A DNA stretch of 64,000 bases, taken from NCBI RefSeq assembly GCF_009914755.1, contig NC_060926.1. One strand, given 5' to 3'. Positions within the stretch are counted from its first letter, which is position 1; each line of letters begins with the position of its first letter. The position numbers were made by a program, and so were the translations under genes. Under the pieces are notes generated by a model, which saw nothing but the letters and a program-made list of their open reading frames with translations, ran no database searches and had not been told where the DNA came from. Positions 1-12,879 of the stretch are shown here, in pieces. The DNA is from the human T2T-CHM13v2.0 reference genome, Homo sapiens.

Positions 1-35
1 TTATATGTTTATGATATATTGAGAAATCTCTAGGA

Positions 36-877
36 CACAGTTTTCAAAATGTAGATGTCAAGAACTATGAAGTATCTGAGATTTAATCTTACTGCAAACT
101 AGTAGGTCAGCCTGGCACAGTCACAGATGCTGGCAGAAGCCATGAGATTCCTGTACAGGGACAACAGTCTATTATTCACAACCATAGCAGTAGCCAGAGT
201 ACCATCAATTTTGCACTAAGTTCATGAAAGTACATTTCCCACATAGCAACATGAAAAGTATCAGGTGATATCTCCACATGCAATGGACTGTGTTATAGGA
301 GAGGAACCCCAAGCTTTGGGAAACAGAATCTTTTATAACGGGTATTATAGTCTTTTTTTTAATAAACTTTGTCACGCAGGGAGACATTATCTTTATTTTT
401 ATTTGACAGTAAACAAACCCGCCCTTTGCTCTGGAGGTAAGCATTGTCTACATTCCCAAGGTTGTTCACTGTATAAACATCCTTGAAAAGATAGTCTCCA
501 TCAAAAACAGTGAGCGCCTATGCTGAAAGGAGTACAGAAACATGAGAGATTAATGGAGAATTGTCTCCCAACAGTTGCTGGGGAGTTCCAAAGGTCCCTG
601 AGACCTTTACAAGGGGAACCTATTAGGCCAAAACTTTTATGATTATGCTAAAATATTATTTTCAGTTTTCACTTTCATTCTCTCATGAATTTACAGTGGA
701 GATTTTTAGAGGCTTACATGAAATGAGATGATGGCTACGTTTTTAAAATTTCTGTTCTAATTGCTAACACAGTAGATCTCAATAGACATGGCACACATAA
801 ACAAAAGCTCTTTGAGATCTTCAGTATTTCTTAGGATGGCAAAGGAGTCCTGAGACCAAAAAGTTTGAGAACTGCTG
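36..877 (+). mobile_element. hAT-Charlie DNA transposon fossil (Charlie4a-like), split by an LTR
   Basis: Left end TTTTCAAAATGT, right end AAAAGTTTGAGAACTGCTG; collinear with the intact copy at 14886-15374. Confidence 0.7.
56..573 (-). mobile_element. Solo LTR, ERVL class (LTR47-like, family uncertain)
   Basis: TG...CA termini; minus strand begins TGTTGGGAGACAATTCTCCAT; about 520 bp. Confidence 0.65.
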
Positions 878-1329
878 CCTCAAGACAATCAACAAAGAGA
901 GAAGACCTTGGAGTGCTGTTTGTATGAGACTCTCTGAGTAGGAAGGGGCCCCTGAGACAATTGTTTCCAGAGATTGAGGGTACTCCAAAGGGAAGAAGAA
1001 GGGGAGGTCAATATTTCTTTCCTGAGCACACGCCTGCTTATGTAGTTGATTGCTGAACTGCTACTATGCTAATCTGAGCAGAAAGAGCAGAAATTCGAAG
1101 AGAAATGACAGGGTGGTGTGAAGAGCCAACAATGCAATTGTGGGCACTCCTGCCCATTGGTGTGGGAAGGTTGCATGATTTTCCTGAGCCACTCAAATGC
1201 TTTATGCAATAATCAAGCTTCAGTCTTCTTGCCAGCACCCCTTTCCCAAAGGGCTGTCCTCTGGATGAAGCTGCAAGAGACTGTGGGTAGGTCACTGGGG
1301 AAAGGAGATGAGAGCCATGGACATTCTAG

Positions 1330-1527
1330 TAAATGCTAGTATATGTTTAACTGACTTTCCAAGAGAAAAAAAGAAAGTAAACCAGAGTTGTAATTTTTGC
1401 TAATTTCTGTAGTGTAAATTTTCTCACCGTGGTCGATTTCAAGCTACCAATGGATTAACAACCAGCTCACAAAATTCCTGAAAATTTAACAATTGGCTGA
1501 TAGGAGCCAGCTTTAGTGTACAACTGG
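1330..1527 (-). mobile_element. MER63-like hAT-Blackjack MITE
   Basis: GATTTCAAGCTACCAA...CAAAATTCCTGAAAATTTAACAAT motifs; related copy at 25235-25420. Confidence 0.65.
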
Positions 1528-1539
1528 ATAAAGAGATTG

Positions 1540-2055
1540 GAATAAGTGAAACCGGGACAGATATCCTATACCCAAAACAATGCGGTGAGTGGGTTCTCCC
1601 ACAAGAACACACTGTGCCCCAAAGTGATTTTGCACTGTGTCCCCCTAAAGAGCTAGTGTCTGGACTGCTACCACATCAAGAAAGTGTAGCCCAAAGAGAA
1701 CCATGTGACAGCACTTATTAAGCAGGACTCAATTATCCCTTTACATAACTCCTATTCCTCCACCCACCCAGTCACCTAGACAGTGGGGACATCAAAAGAA
1801 AGTGAGGACCACACCTTTTCTGTCCTTCAGGTTTCAGGCCATGGGTCAAGCAGCATGAGCTCTGGGCAGAGGAGGGAACTCTATGAGAATGATGTTTTAA
1901 CTGGATTAAAATAAATTAGGCTGGAAGTAACCTAAAAGTAACTGATAAGGAAGGTTTATCCTAGCACAACTGAATGCAGCAAATTGGAGGAGAAAAAAAA
2001 AACGGTTTTAGGTTTGAACCTCTTCCCAGTTCAAACTGTTTGATAAACTAATTAT
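1540..2055 (+). mobile_element. Ancient LTR-like remnant (possibly MamGyp class)
   Basis: TTTTAACTGGA...CCTAAAAGTAACTG and CCCAGTTCAAACTGTTTGATAAAC resemble recalled MamGypLTR 3' ends. Confidence 0.3.
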
Positions 2056-2332
2056 GTGCATGTTTTATTGATTTTAAGTTCATCATTGAAATAAACACAC
2101 GAACCAAAAAAAAAAAAAATCTCCTAGATAACAGAGAGAAAGACACTCTAAATAGACTGAAATGGAGAGGTAAGTTGTGGAAAAGAACTGTGGGACTGGC
2201 TGAGGCACGAGAGGCAGGTTCTTACTGTGTCCTGGGTCAGGTGCTATGGAGACAAATTTTCAGGCATGGCCATCAAAGTTTTGGTACTTTGGAATCAGGG
2301 AATCCCACTTTTCTAACATAGGCAATAAGTAA

Positions 2333-2784
<452 letters not shown>

Positions 2785-2982
2785 CTGTCTATTCTTTAGT
2801 TGATGGATATTTGTATTGGTTTCAGTTTTGTGTTATAATTGTGCATACTACTGTGAATATTGTTGTGGTATATATGTCAGGGAAACTATGAAGAAGAAGA
2901 TAGGTATTTAAAATGTTTTAATTCTGAAGTTGGTGGTGGACTTCGTAAGGGTTTATTTTATTGGTATGCTTTGTAGTTTTTA

Positions 2983-3228
<246 letters not shown>

Positions 3229-3963
3229 TTATTTTGTATGTATCCAATACTACATTTTAAAAGATAATAAAATAGTGCTATGGAGAAAATAAGTAGAAAG
3301 GCAGAAAACAAAATATGATATTATGATATTATTTATATAAAGCTCTAAAACAAGCAAAACAATGTTATTATCACTAGCTTAGTACATTTCACATGATAAA
3401 ACATATTCATCAGCTTTAACTTAGTTTATTGTCCAGACAGGACTCTTCCAACTTCAGCCTCAATGTAAATTATGTCTTCTAAATTGAGGACAAACAGCTA
3501 GAATCTACGGTCTACCTTAAAGTCTACATTTTTACGAAGTATCATACAAGGATTCCATGCTTATTTGCCATCTTCCTATGGTAGAGTTTTGGAAAGCTTA
3601 AGTTCCAGAAATAAGTATAAAGATTAACTCTTCCCTTTCCTTTTTTCTCAGGATGTTAGTTATACATGTTAGTTATATGACATATCATAATTTTTGTTAT
3701 AAAAGAAATACATTTTCATTACAGTAAATTTGGAAAAGTATAAGGAAGGAAAAATCACCCACATCCCAACCATCTTAACCCGTGTTCATGGGATTCTTTC
3801 TAGTCTTGTTTCTATGAGTGTATTTATACACGTACCTGTGTGTGTATATACATGTGTATTTTAACGAAGATTGGGGATGCTCTACATACACTGGTTACAT
3901 GGTCTGCTGTTTACTTAACTTGAATACTTTCCATTTACAAAGATTCTTTGAAAGCATAGTTTT

Positions 3964-4110
3964 CTTTTTTGTTTCGTTTTTGTTGTTGATTGTTTTTTAG
4001 ATACATGATCTCACTATTTTGCTCAGGCTGGTCTTGATTGAGTTCAAGTGATCCTCTTTCCTTGGCCTCCCAAAGTGCTAGGCTTACAGGTGTGAGCCAC
4101 CATGACTGGC
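3964..4110 (-). mobile_element. Monomeric Alu (FLAM-type)
   Basis: Single left-arm-like monomer with degenerate T tail; TSD TGAAAGCATAGTTTT at 3949-3963 and 4111-4125. Confidence 0.85.
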
Positions 4111-4334
4111 TGAAAGCATAGTTTTTAATTGCTGCCAAGTACTTAATTGTATATAACATTTATAAATCCTCTTCAATAGTGATTTTAGTTACGTTTTTGT
4201 TATTTTGTTTTTAAATGCGTAATCACTTTGACAATCACATGGCGAAGACTAAGGTAGTAGTCAGGACTACAACTCTGAATCCAATGTTTATTTAACTATT
4301 ATAAATACTTGACGCTAGGTATGATGCTTGTTTG

Positions 4335-4878
4335 TCCTGTTTAGTCACTAAAGATGGTCCCTTAACAAACCACACTTACATTCATAGCCTTGGGTCATCT
4401 TCTCCCACAGTGAATCTGGGCTTGTACTGTGTAGTCAATATAATTCAGTGGAACGGAGGCTGCATGACTTTGGGCTAGGTTGTAAGAAGCCTTGCAGCTT
4501 CTGGCTTGGTCTCTGTGCTCCAGAAAAACTTGGAAGACATCTGACTACCTGAGATTGCCTTGCTTAGGGAAGCCGAAGTTGGCCAGGTGCATAGGCCATA
4601 TGCACAGAGAGAGAGAGAGAGAAAGAAATGGTCTAGACAGCTCCAGATGTTCTAGCCATCCCAGCTGCGGGCACACAAAACAACTTGGATGTCCAGACCA
4701 GTCAAGCCTTCATATGCCTCTAGCCCCAACCACTATATCTTTGTCACTACATGAGCAATGCCAAGTTGGAACTGTCCAGCTGAGTCCAGTCAACTCACTG
4801 AAAGAGCATAATGAATTGTAGTTTTAAGGCATTGAGTTCTGAGGCGGTTTGTTACACAGAAACAGAAAATCAAAACAC
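4335..4878 (+). mobile_element. MLT1 (ERVL-MaLR) solo LTR
   Basis: Typical 3' end GTTTTAAG...GGTTTGTTACACAG...AAAACA. Confidence 0.75.
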
Positions 4879-6719
4879 TGCTTCACTTCTATGTCTTCAG
4901 CACCTGGCATGAGGCTGGTGTACTTGGTATATTGTAAACACTTGAAAAACATTTGTTACATAAGTAAATAAACTTACAAGATTACTTGCACACACAAATA
5001 ATATGTGTATAATTGTGAAATTTCCTTATAATTAAAATGTTAAGAAAATAACTCACTTTCTAGTTTGTTATTTCTTGTTTTTCTCAGTTTCATTTTCCAC
5101 TGGACTGACTGGGTCAATAAACATTGAGTTGGTATTTGTACAAACACAGTAGAGCCAAATGTCATAACTGGCTGAAATTTTTCCTTTCTTCAGAGAGTCC
5201 CACTTCTTTGATGATCTAGGCAATGTGTTACAGGAAGGTCCAGTGCAGAGCGAAGTCTCAGCAATTATTACCATTTCTTGTTGTTCAGACTTCTTGCTGC
5301 AGGAGCCTCAGTGTTTGCACAATCACACTGCACAACTTCCAGGGAGATTTCTGCACATCTGACGCATCACCTAAAATAAAGAACATTCTATGCCACTCAA
5401 TATCAAAGTCTCTTTAGATGTTAGCTCAGGCCCTGAGATGCGCTCTGTCATGTTGGAGAGGGCACCCCTTCCACTCTGAACTTGTACCATCTTGCCCCAA
5501 CCATTGAGAAATGTGGCAACCATAAGCAAACCTTAGAACTCCCACAAACAATTCCCATCAACACAAATCTCATTCCGAGGGAAAATTTTTGTAGAAATTA
5601 CAAACACCAACTTGAGACTTCTATAAAAACGACATGAAACACATTGGAAATGGTAGGCCTGCGTAGGTTACTGCCAAATTTCTAATTCACAAAGTGGTGT
5701 GCTCTTCTCAGGGTTGTTACGGAGGCCTGGCCACTTGCTGTGTACAATGGGAGATTCCTGGAGAGGCTCTTTCTCACTTTAACTTTTTTTCTAACTAATC
5801 TAATTCTGATTTCAGCTTTCAACATTTCGGTACTTAGATTATTCACTTTAAACGGGCAACCCATGGGCTGTTTTCTCTGTTCTCCCAGAAACTGTGGGAG
5901 CTGAGTGGCTTTCCATAATATGCGCTACTTGGTCTCACCCTGAAGCAGAGAAGACTTTGCCTTGTACAACTTCAAAAGGCCCTTTGATAAGTTATGTTTG
6001 GCTTCTTACTTAAATATAGAGCAATCCAGCTTATTATCACTTCCAGTTTGTTTTTAAAATAAATTCTTTCTTTATCACACCCTCAAATCCATCTAAAGAA
6101 TGTTTAAGTTCTCTTTAAACAATTAAGAAAAGCCACCCAAGGTATTAGCTGCAACAAGGGTGAGACTTGTGGTGTGATGCAATGTCTTACAGTGTCCCCT
6201 CTGCTCCAGAGTCTTGTCCCTTAGTCTTAAAATTCAGAATATTCAGTTATCTGGCCACCTATGGGGTCTTACTGCATGCATGAGCCAGATCATGACAGGC
6301 TAATTCTGAATGGTCAAACCCAGCAGGCTCCTCGGTGAAACAATGGGCCAACCTGAATCATTTGCAATGAATGAAGAACTAGATCAAACTCCAGAGCAAC
6401 TGCTGCTAATAGGGATACTCTGTCATCCACAGAATATTTATTGTTATTAAGCCTCATATTAGCGTTCCTTCATGTGTAGTTTGAGAAGTGCTGATTTAGA
6501 CAAAATGGATTGAAACAACATTGTTAGTCTCCACTTTAAAGATTCAGCTGAGTGTCAGCTGCTCCAGGGAGCCTTGTCTGACCCTAGAGCAGTTTATCTC
6601 TATGACACCACTATTGTGCAATGCAGTGCTGTGGTTACATGTCTCTGTTCCCCCACTGCATTGCTTTCTCCTGTTCTCCTTGAATACACTAATCACAAGT
6701 TTGGCTTTGAAGAGTTCAT

Positions 6720-6765
6720 GAATGGATGCATGAATGAATGAATGAATGAATGAATGAATGAATGA
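6720..6765 (+). repeat. (GAAT)n tail of an L2 3' end
   Basis: TGAA tetramer array preceded by L2-like sequence. Confidence 0.8.
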
Positions 6766-8783
6766 AAGAAAGAGTGAATGCAGTGTCAGATGTGTAATAT
6801 TGGAAAAGCACTGGCCACAATGGTAGCTGTAGAACTCCAGAACTTCTCCTGAGTAATAGTTATAGTATTATCCCTTTTGCAAGGTTGTTGAGGAGTAAAA
6901 CAATGAGATAATCTGTATTATTTTATTTAGCAAATGTATAATTGAGTGTCTACTTGGAGCAAAATACTGTAAAAATATTCCAAAGTGCTTTAAAAATGAT
7001 ACTGTTTCTCTTTATTTTATAATAGAATTTGGTTGGCCAATTTCTCTAACTGTACATACACTACTAGGCAGGGTGGCTTTCCATTGTTCTCTAACATCCT
7101 GTTTTTAGATTTTCTTGCTAGGAATTCACATTTCCTCATAACTCACTTTTATTACTACTTTGTAATACTATAGCAGTATGAACGGTCCTGTAGGGAGCCT
7201 GAACTGTGAGTATTTTGATAACCTTTCTTTATGGTCATGCTTGGTTTAATTTGGACATGATTCAGGAAAAAGAAAAGAGAAAAAAAAACAGAAAAAACAA
7301 CACTGCAGATTTTTTTTTTTTTTTTAATAATTCAACATAATCCTTTAAGGATGCAATGCTATTTTATTTTAATTTTTTATTTTATTTTTTATTATGCTTG
7401 GTGTGTTTAATTAGAGTGGTTTGGATACAGAAAACAAGTTTGATAGAAATTTGAATTTAAGTTTGTTTGGCAATTGGATACCAAAGAGAAATGTAAGAAA
7501 TATTTTCAAAATTTGAGAACATTTTGGTTCTTAAAAACTACATATTATGTAAGTTAATGTTTACATGGCTTTGAAATGGTACAGGCACTAATGTATGACT
7601 GAAAGGAAAACTTAGAGAAAAAGGCATCTTCACTTAGGAACAGCTGAATTTGGGAACTAACAAGAGCAAAGCAAATAATTCAGTAAGTTGTTGCATGGAA
7701 TAAATTTACTATGGTAAAAACACCATTTACTTTGAGAACATTCCGATATTTTTCAAAATAACTCATAACATCATTTTGTATAATGGATGAGTTTCTTTTA
7801 GTGGTCATGGTTTCATAATTTGTAAAACCTAAAAAATGTCTAACCTTCTAGTTAGTTTTCATTTTTGTACTTCTTTTAGAAGTACAAAATTCTATGCTAT
7901 GACATATTAATTTGCTATGGGTTGAGTGTGCTAAATTCCAAGAGATATGGCTTCCAAAGGCACTCAGATAAGCAGGCAGAAAGGACAGAGTCATTGAATC
8001 CCAACAGTTATTTAAGTCTAACGGAGCGTATGCGATCACAGCTTGGATTGTGGTTCTGAACCAATGAAAAGGTTGAGTTTCAAAACTATGAAGTTTGAGC
8101 CTCAGACTCATTTTCATAGAAACCCTGATGTAAATGATACATAAATTCCCAATTTAATGGGTATGGTTGCTGGAAGGGTAACCCCAAATCTGAAGTTGGG
8201 GACAAGTCTCATTGGTGATGACTGTATTTGAAGGGTTGCTTGTGGTATTGAGTGAGTGGTCTCTGTGGTCCTCATGGAGCTGCACAGCCTCATGTGGAGG
8301 ACCATGAAGGTTCGATACTGGAAAAGGTGTCTAAGGCAGCAGCTGCTTCAGGCAGCAGAAGGCTGCAGAGGGAGAGTTTTGGGGTCTGTTGCTAGGGTGT
8401 TGTGGTGGTTGTAGTCCAGAGACTTGGAGCAACACTGGGGAGGACTCAGATGGTATTAGAAGACATGCTTCTGGGAGATGCTGCCATGTCAGAGACAGGG
8501 CAGGTGTGACTGGTCTGCATATCCTTCAAAAGTCCTGTCTCTAGGTCATGCATTTCTAGTTACTTGGCTGAGTAACAAATGACCCCAAATCTAGAGGTGC
8601 AAAACAACCTTTTATTATGTTCATGGATTCTTTGGACAGGGCACAGGGAGGGCAGCTTTTTTGTGTGAGGCCAGGAGCCATATGCAGAAGACTCAAAGGC
8701 TGGGGCTGGAATCATCTGAATGCTTGCTCACTCACATGTCTGGGGGTGCTTCTGGCTGTTGCTGAGGGTATTTCTAGGACTAT

Positions 8784-9143
8784 TGCTGTGGACTGAATGT
8801 TCGTGTCTCCCACAGATTCATATGTTCAAATCTAATCCACAGTGGGATGGCATTTGGAGGTGGAGCCTCTGGCATATCATTAGGTCTGGAGCAAGGAACA
8901 CTCATTAATGGGGTTAGTACCCTTATAAGAAGAGGTCAGAGAGCTAGCTCATCCTCTTTCCACCATCTGAGGACACAGCCAAATGTGGCTGTCTGTAAAC
9001 CAGTAAGAGATCCCTCACTAAAACCTGACCCTGCTAGCACCATGATCTTGGAATTTCAGCCTCCAGAACTGTAGGAATAAATGTTTGTTGTTTGAGACAC
9101 CCAGTTATGGTATTTTGTTAGAACTGTCCAAGTTAACTAAGCA
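8784..9143 (+). mobile_element. MLT1A-like solo LTR
   Basis: TGCTGTGGACTGAATGTT...CAGCCTCCAGAACTGT..AATAAATGTTTGTTGTTT...CTAAGCA. Confidence 0.85.
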
Positions 9144-9235
9144 GCTGTCAAGTGGAATAGCTACACATAACTCTTCCATTTGGGCTGGGCTTCCTGTCAA
9201 CATGGTGGCTGATTTTCAAAGATAAGCATCTTAAA

Positions 9236-9380
9236 CAGGGCTTGCTTTATGGATTTGTGTCCTGTGTAGTTACACAAGACTCACACACAGAAGAGGGCTC
9301 TGTGCTTGCCACTGTTTTGAAAGAAGAGGCTGCTCATTTTCATTTTCTCCTGGGTTCCACAAATTTTATCACTGGTCCAG
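9236..9380 (+). mobile_element. MER53-like hAT MITE
   Basis: CAGGGCTTGCTTTATGG...CATTTTCATTTT...CCACAAATT...GGTCCAG. Confidence 0.6.
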
Positions 9381-10139
9381 ATTATGACAGAGAGAGAGAG
9401 AGGAGAAAGATAGAGGGGGGTGGGGAGAGGAACTAGTCAGAAGCTATATTGCCTTCTTTTAATTCATCTAGGAAGTCAGGCAGCATCACGTCTACTACAT
9501 TGTATTTGTTAAAAGCAAGTCATTGAGGTGCCCCATATTCAAAGGGGAGATAATAGATTCCACTGCTTGATGGAAGGATGTCAAGGTTCTGGGAGAGTAT
9601 GTGGGAACATAAATATTGCTATGGCCATTTTTGGAAAATACAATCTGCCACACATGCTCTGCATATATTTCTGCAGGTGCCACCTACTGGGTTAGTTTTT
9701 ATTTTGTTTCTTGTGTAATAGAGTGTTAAAATTAAAGTTAGAGACTGAGACACCAAGATAGAATTGATGTGATATTCCAAAGCCAGATCACAGTATGTGA
9801 AATTTACATTCCATGACTTGAATCCCCTCAACCACTTTCAGAATGGAAAGAGTTGACATAGAGGAGAATTTTGAAATGATTTATTTGGAAAGATCAGTTG
9901 CTCCATTCAGGTTTACCCCATGTTTAGTAAGGGAGACCTCCAAGAGTTCATTTGGAAAGTTTTGAATCACCTTCCTTGAAGTTAGGAGCAACTTAAGCTG
10001 TAAAAATTCAAAGAGAGTAATGGCAAGAAGATAAGGCATTATCTTTATTTTTTATTAAAAATTTTGTATGTTATTAAAAGTTTGTATTTATCTTTTCATT
10101 TAAATTAATAGCTTTATTTTTATTAAAATTAGCATTTTT

Positions 10140-10451
10140 GTTTTCTTTCTTTCTTTATTTTTTGAGACAGAGTTTTTGCTCTGTTGCCCAGCCTGGGGTG
10201 TGGTGGCACGATCTCAGCTCATTGCAACTTCCTTCTCCCAGAAGCGATTGATTCTCCTGCCTCAGCCTCCCGAGTAGCTGGGATTACAAGTGAGCACCAC
10301 TACTCCCAGCTAATTTTTTTTTGTATTTTTGGTAGAGATGAGGTTGTCTCCATGTTGAACAGGCTGGTCTTGAACTCCTGACCTCAAGTGATCTGCCCGC
10401 CTCGGCTTCCCAAAGTGCTGGGAATACAGGTATGAACCACTGCGCCCAGCC
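10140..10451 (-). mobile_element. AluS element
   Basis: Full dimer; TSD TAAAATTAG(CA/TG)TTTTT at 10124-10139 and 10452-10467. Confidence 0.96.
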
Positions 10452-11017
10452 TAAAATTAGTGTTTTTAAAAGGTGATTTAATCAGTAAGGTATTTATTAT
10501 CACCATATAAAACAGACCTAGATAGGGGCCTCCATGGTTAGGGAAATTTGTAATTTGTAGGCTCAGCAGATACAGCATAAGGGTGATAGCAGATTTGACC
10601 ACATCTACAAATAATATGCATCTTTCCAAGAAGCCCAGACTGGGTACCCCTTGAGGCCCCTTGGCCATTGCCAAGCCTTCTCAGAGGTGATGGGAATGAA
10701 TCCATTCAAATGGGCCCAGGACAATCCTGAATTCTCTCCAGAAAAGGGGAAGGGAGGCCAGCGAGCTGCTTTGCCTATGCACATGGAGATGACTTTCACA
10801 AATATTGAATTCAGGCAGGATGGAAAGCTTATACCTTCAGATTTCAAAGGCAAAGGAATATTTTCTGTGGACTAGCTATGTGTGGGGTGATTGGGCAAGT
10901 GAGTCAGTGTGGGTTTTTTATGAATTTGTACAAGGACCCTAGATGGTTGAAGGGCCAGAAGCCAGAAGTTGAAGTTAATATCAGATAATTAAGGGCTACA
11001 GAAGGACTCATGAGTAA

Positions 11018-11128
11018 CCCCTGACTAATCATTCTGGTTTGCCCAGATCTCAGAAGTTTCACAAGATGTGGGCCCTTTAGGCTAAAATGGGAATATTCCT
11101 GGACAAGCTGGGATAGTTGGTCACCCCA
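11018..11128. mobile_element. MER94-like hAT-Blackjack MITE
   Basis: Imperfect terminal inverted repeats TGACTAATCATTCTGGTTTGCCCAG / CTGGACAAGCTGGGATAGTTGGTCACCC. Confidence 0.65.
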
Positions 11129-12879
11129 CCTACCTTGGGCCACCCATAATAGGATGCATTAACCCAGGACAGGACTGCAGGGCAGGGGCCCACCAGGGAA
11201 CCTACAGGATGCCCGTGAAAGTGCCCATGAAAGAAAGACTCATCTGCAAACATTTGCCAGGCCTGGAAAGCCCGAAGCCAGTACAAGAAGGACATTTCCT
11301 GGCCCTTTACCATGTCTCTTTTCTAGCTCTGGCCTTAACCCAGAAACTGGCTGGCAAGCTGCGGGGAGGGCATCAGAAGGGAGGAGGGAAAGCACTAGGT
11401 GAGGAATAGAGAATAAGCCATCCACAGCGGAGCAGCCAAGGAACAGGGACAGGAAAAGGTTTAGTGCTAAATCAGTTTCAGTTTCTGGTTATGTAAGATG
11501 TTCTGATTACTGAATTCCACTCACTTGTTACTAAAGGGATTGTAGGATGTTCTTGTCCTCACATACACACCCAAGAGTATCTAGAAAAGTCCTGGGATGC
11601 ACGTGAATGTTCAACTGGGGCAAGGGAAGGTTAACTCCACTGAACACTTGAAGTGGAGTGCTGTGATTTCACAATGGGCCATGCTTGTTCAATATACTTC
11701 TTATACTGGAAATTTCAAAAATCCTGTTCCAACGAGAGTGACAAATGGCAGGTCAAGGAAATAACTTGTTTATTCCTCTACTTTGTGAGGATTATGCACT
11801 TTCCATGGACTGTTTAAAATTCCTCAAATGATGAATTTAAGAGGGAAAAAATCTATCTTTCCCATCTCTCACTCAGTCTCCAATGGCTATCAAACATCAA
11901 ATATTTTCCTCTTCCCTAGGCTGGAGGCCTAACAACTCTGGGAACTAAACATCAGATTTTCCACAGAGAATTGTGGGTTCATTTATTCTTTGGGATGATT
12001 GTCAGATATTACTTGTCTTCCTCTACCTCCACTGTACCCCCTCAATCAGGTGAACCCACCTGCTAAGGCTACCTGTCTCAGCTCAGCTCAGCTCAGCTCA
12101 TCTCCTTCTACTGGGATCCTGGCCTTCATAAAGTGCCCTTTTCACAGACGCTGGCTTGTCAGTATTGCTACATATTTCCACCCAGCCCTGTGCCATCCAT
12201 ACCTGGCACCCAGTCTCAAGATCTGATGCTGATTCTCTGGTATCTCTGGACCAAGCCATCAGATGCTTCTGACTCAGTTGCCCAGGATTTCTGTGTTAGA
12301 AAGAAACTGCCTGGGAACTGCTTCTTGATTTTTCTGGATCAGGCTTCTAGTCCCAACTCTGTTAAAATTCCTGGTATAATCTTAGACAGTTGTTTTAACC
12401 TCTGCAAGCCTCAGTTTCTTCATCTATATAATTAGGATAACAATAGTTGTGTTGCCTAGGGATACTGTGAAGAAATCAATTAATAGATGTGAAAACACTT
12501 TGTAAAAGTTAGACAGTAAATATATGCATGGTAGTACATATATATGCATTAGTACAATCTGGTTACCACGCTGAAGTTGGGATTTTTGATATTATTACCC
12601 TTATCTTTACCCTTCCCTGTCATTGCTGCATCTCTTGGCTTTTTGCTTAGATCCTTGATCTTCAGGACCTGATGTGCTGAATGTCAATATCCATCTGCTC
12701 ACTGAGATGATCTTATCAGGCTCAATGTCTTCCTGTCACGTCATGCAAAGGTCATTTTCTCGCTCTCTTTCAGTCCCAAGTGAGCCACCTGAGCCTTCTC
12801 TCTTCAACTGCTTTTCTTTCTGACCTAATCTCCTAATGAATACGGAGACCTGTGCAATTCCAACCAACACTCTGCTCTT

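Larger units (their letters stand above)
8545..9652 (-). mobile_element. Old MLT1 LTR interrupted by two younger elements
   Basis: MLT1-like segments at 8545-8783, 9144-9235 and 9385-9652 (ends GGCCATTTTTGGAAAATACAATCTGCCACA). Confidence 0.7.
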
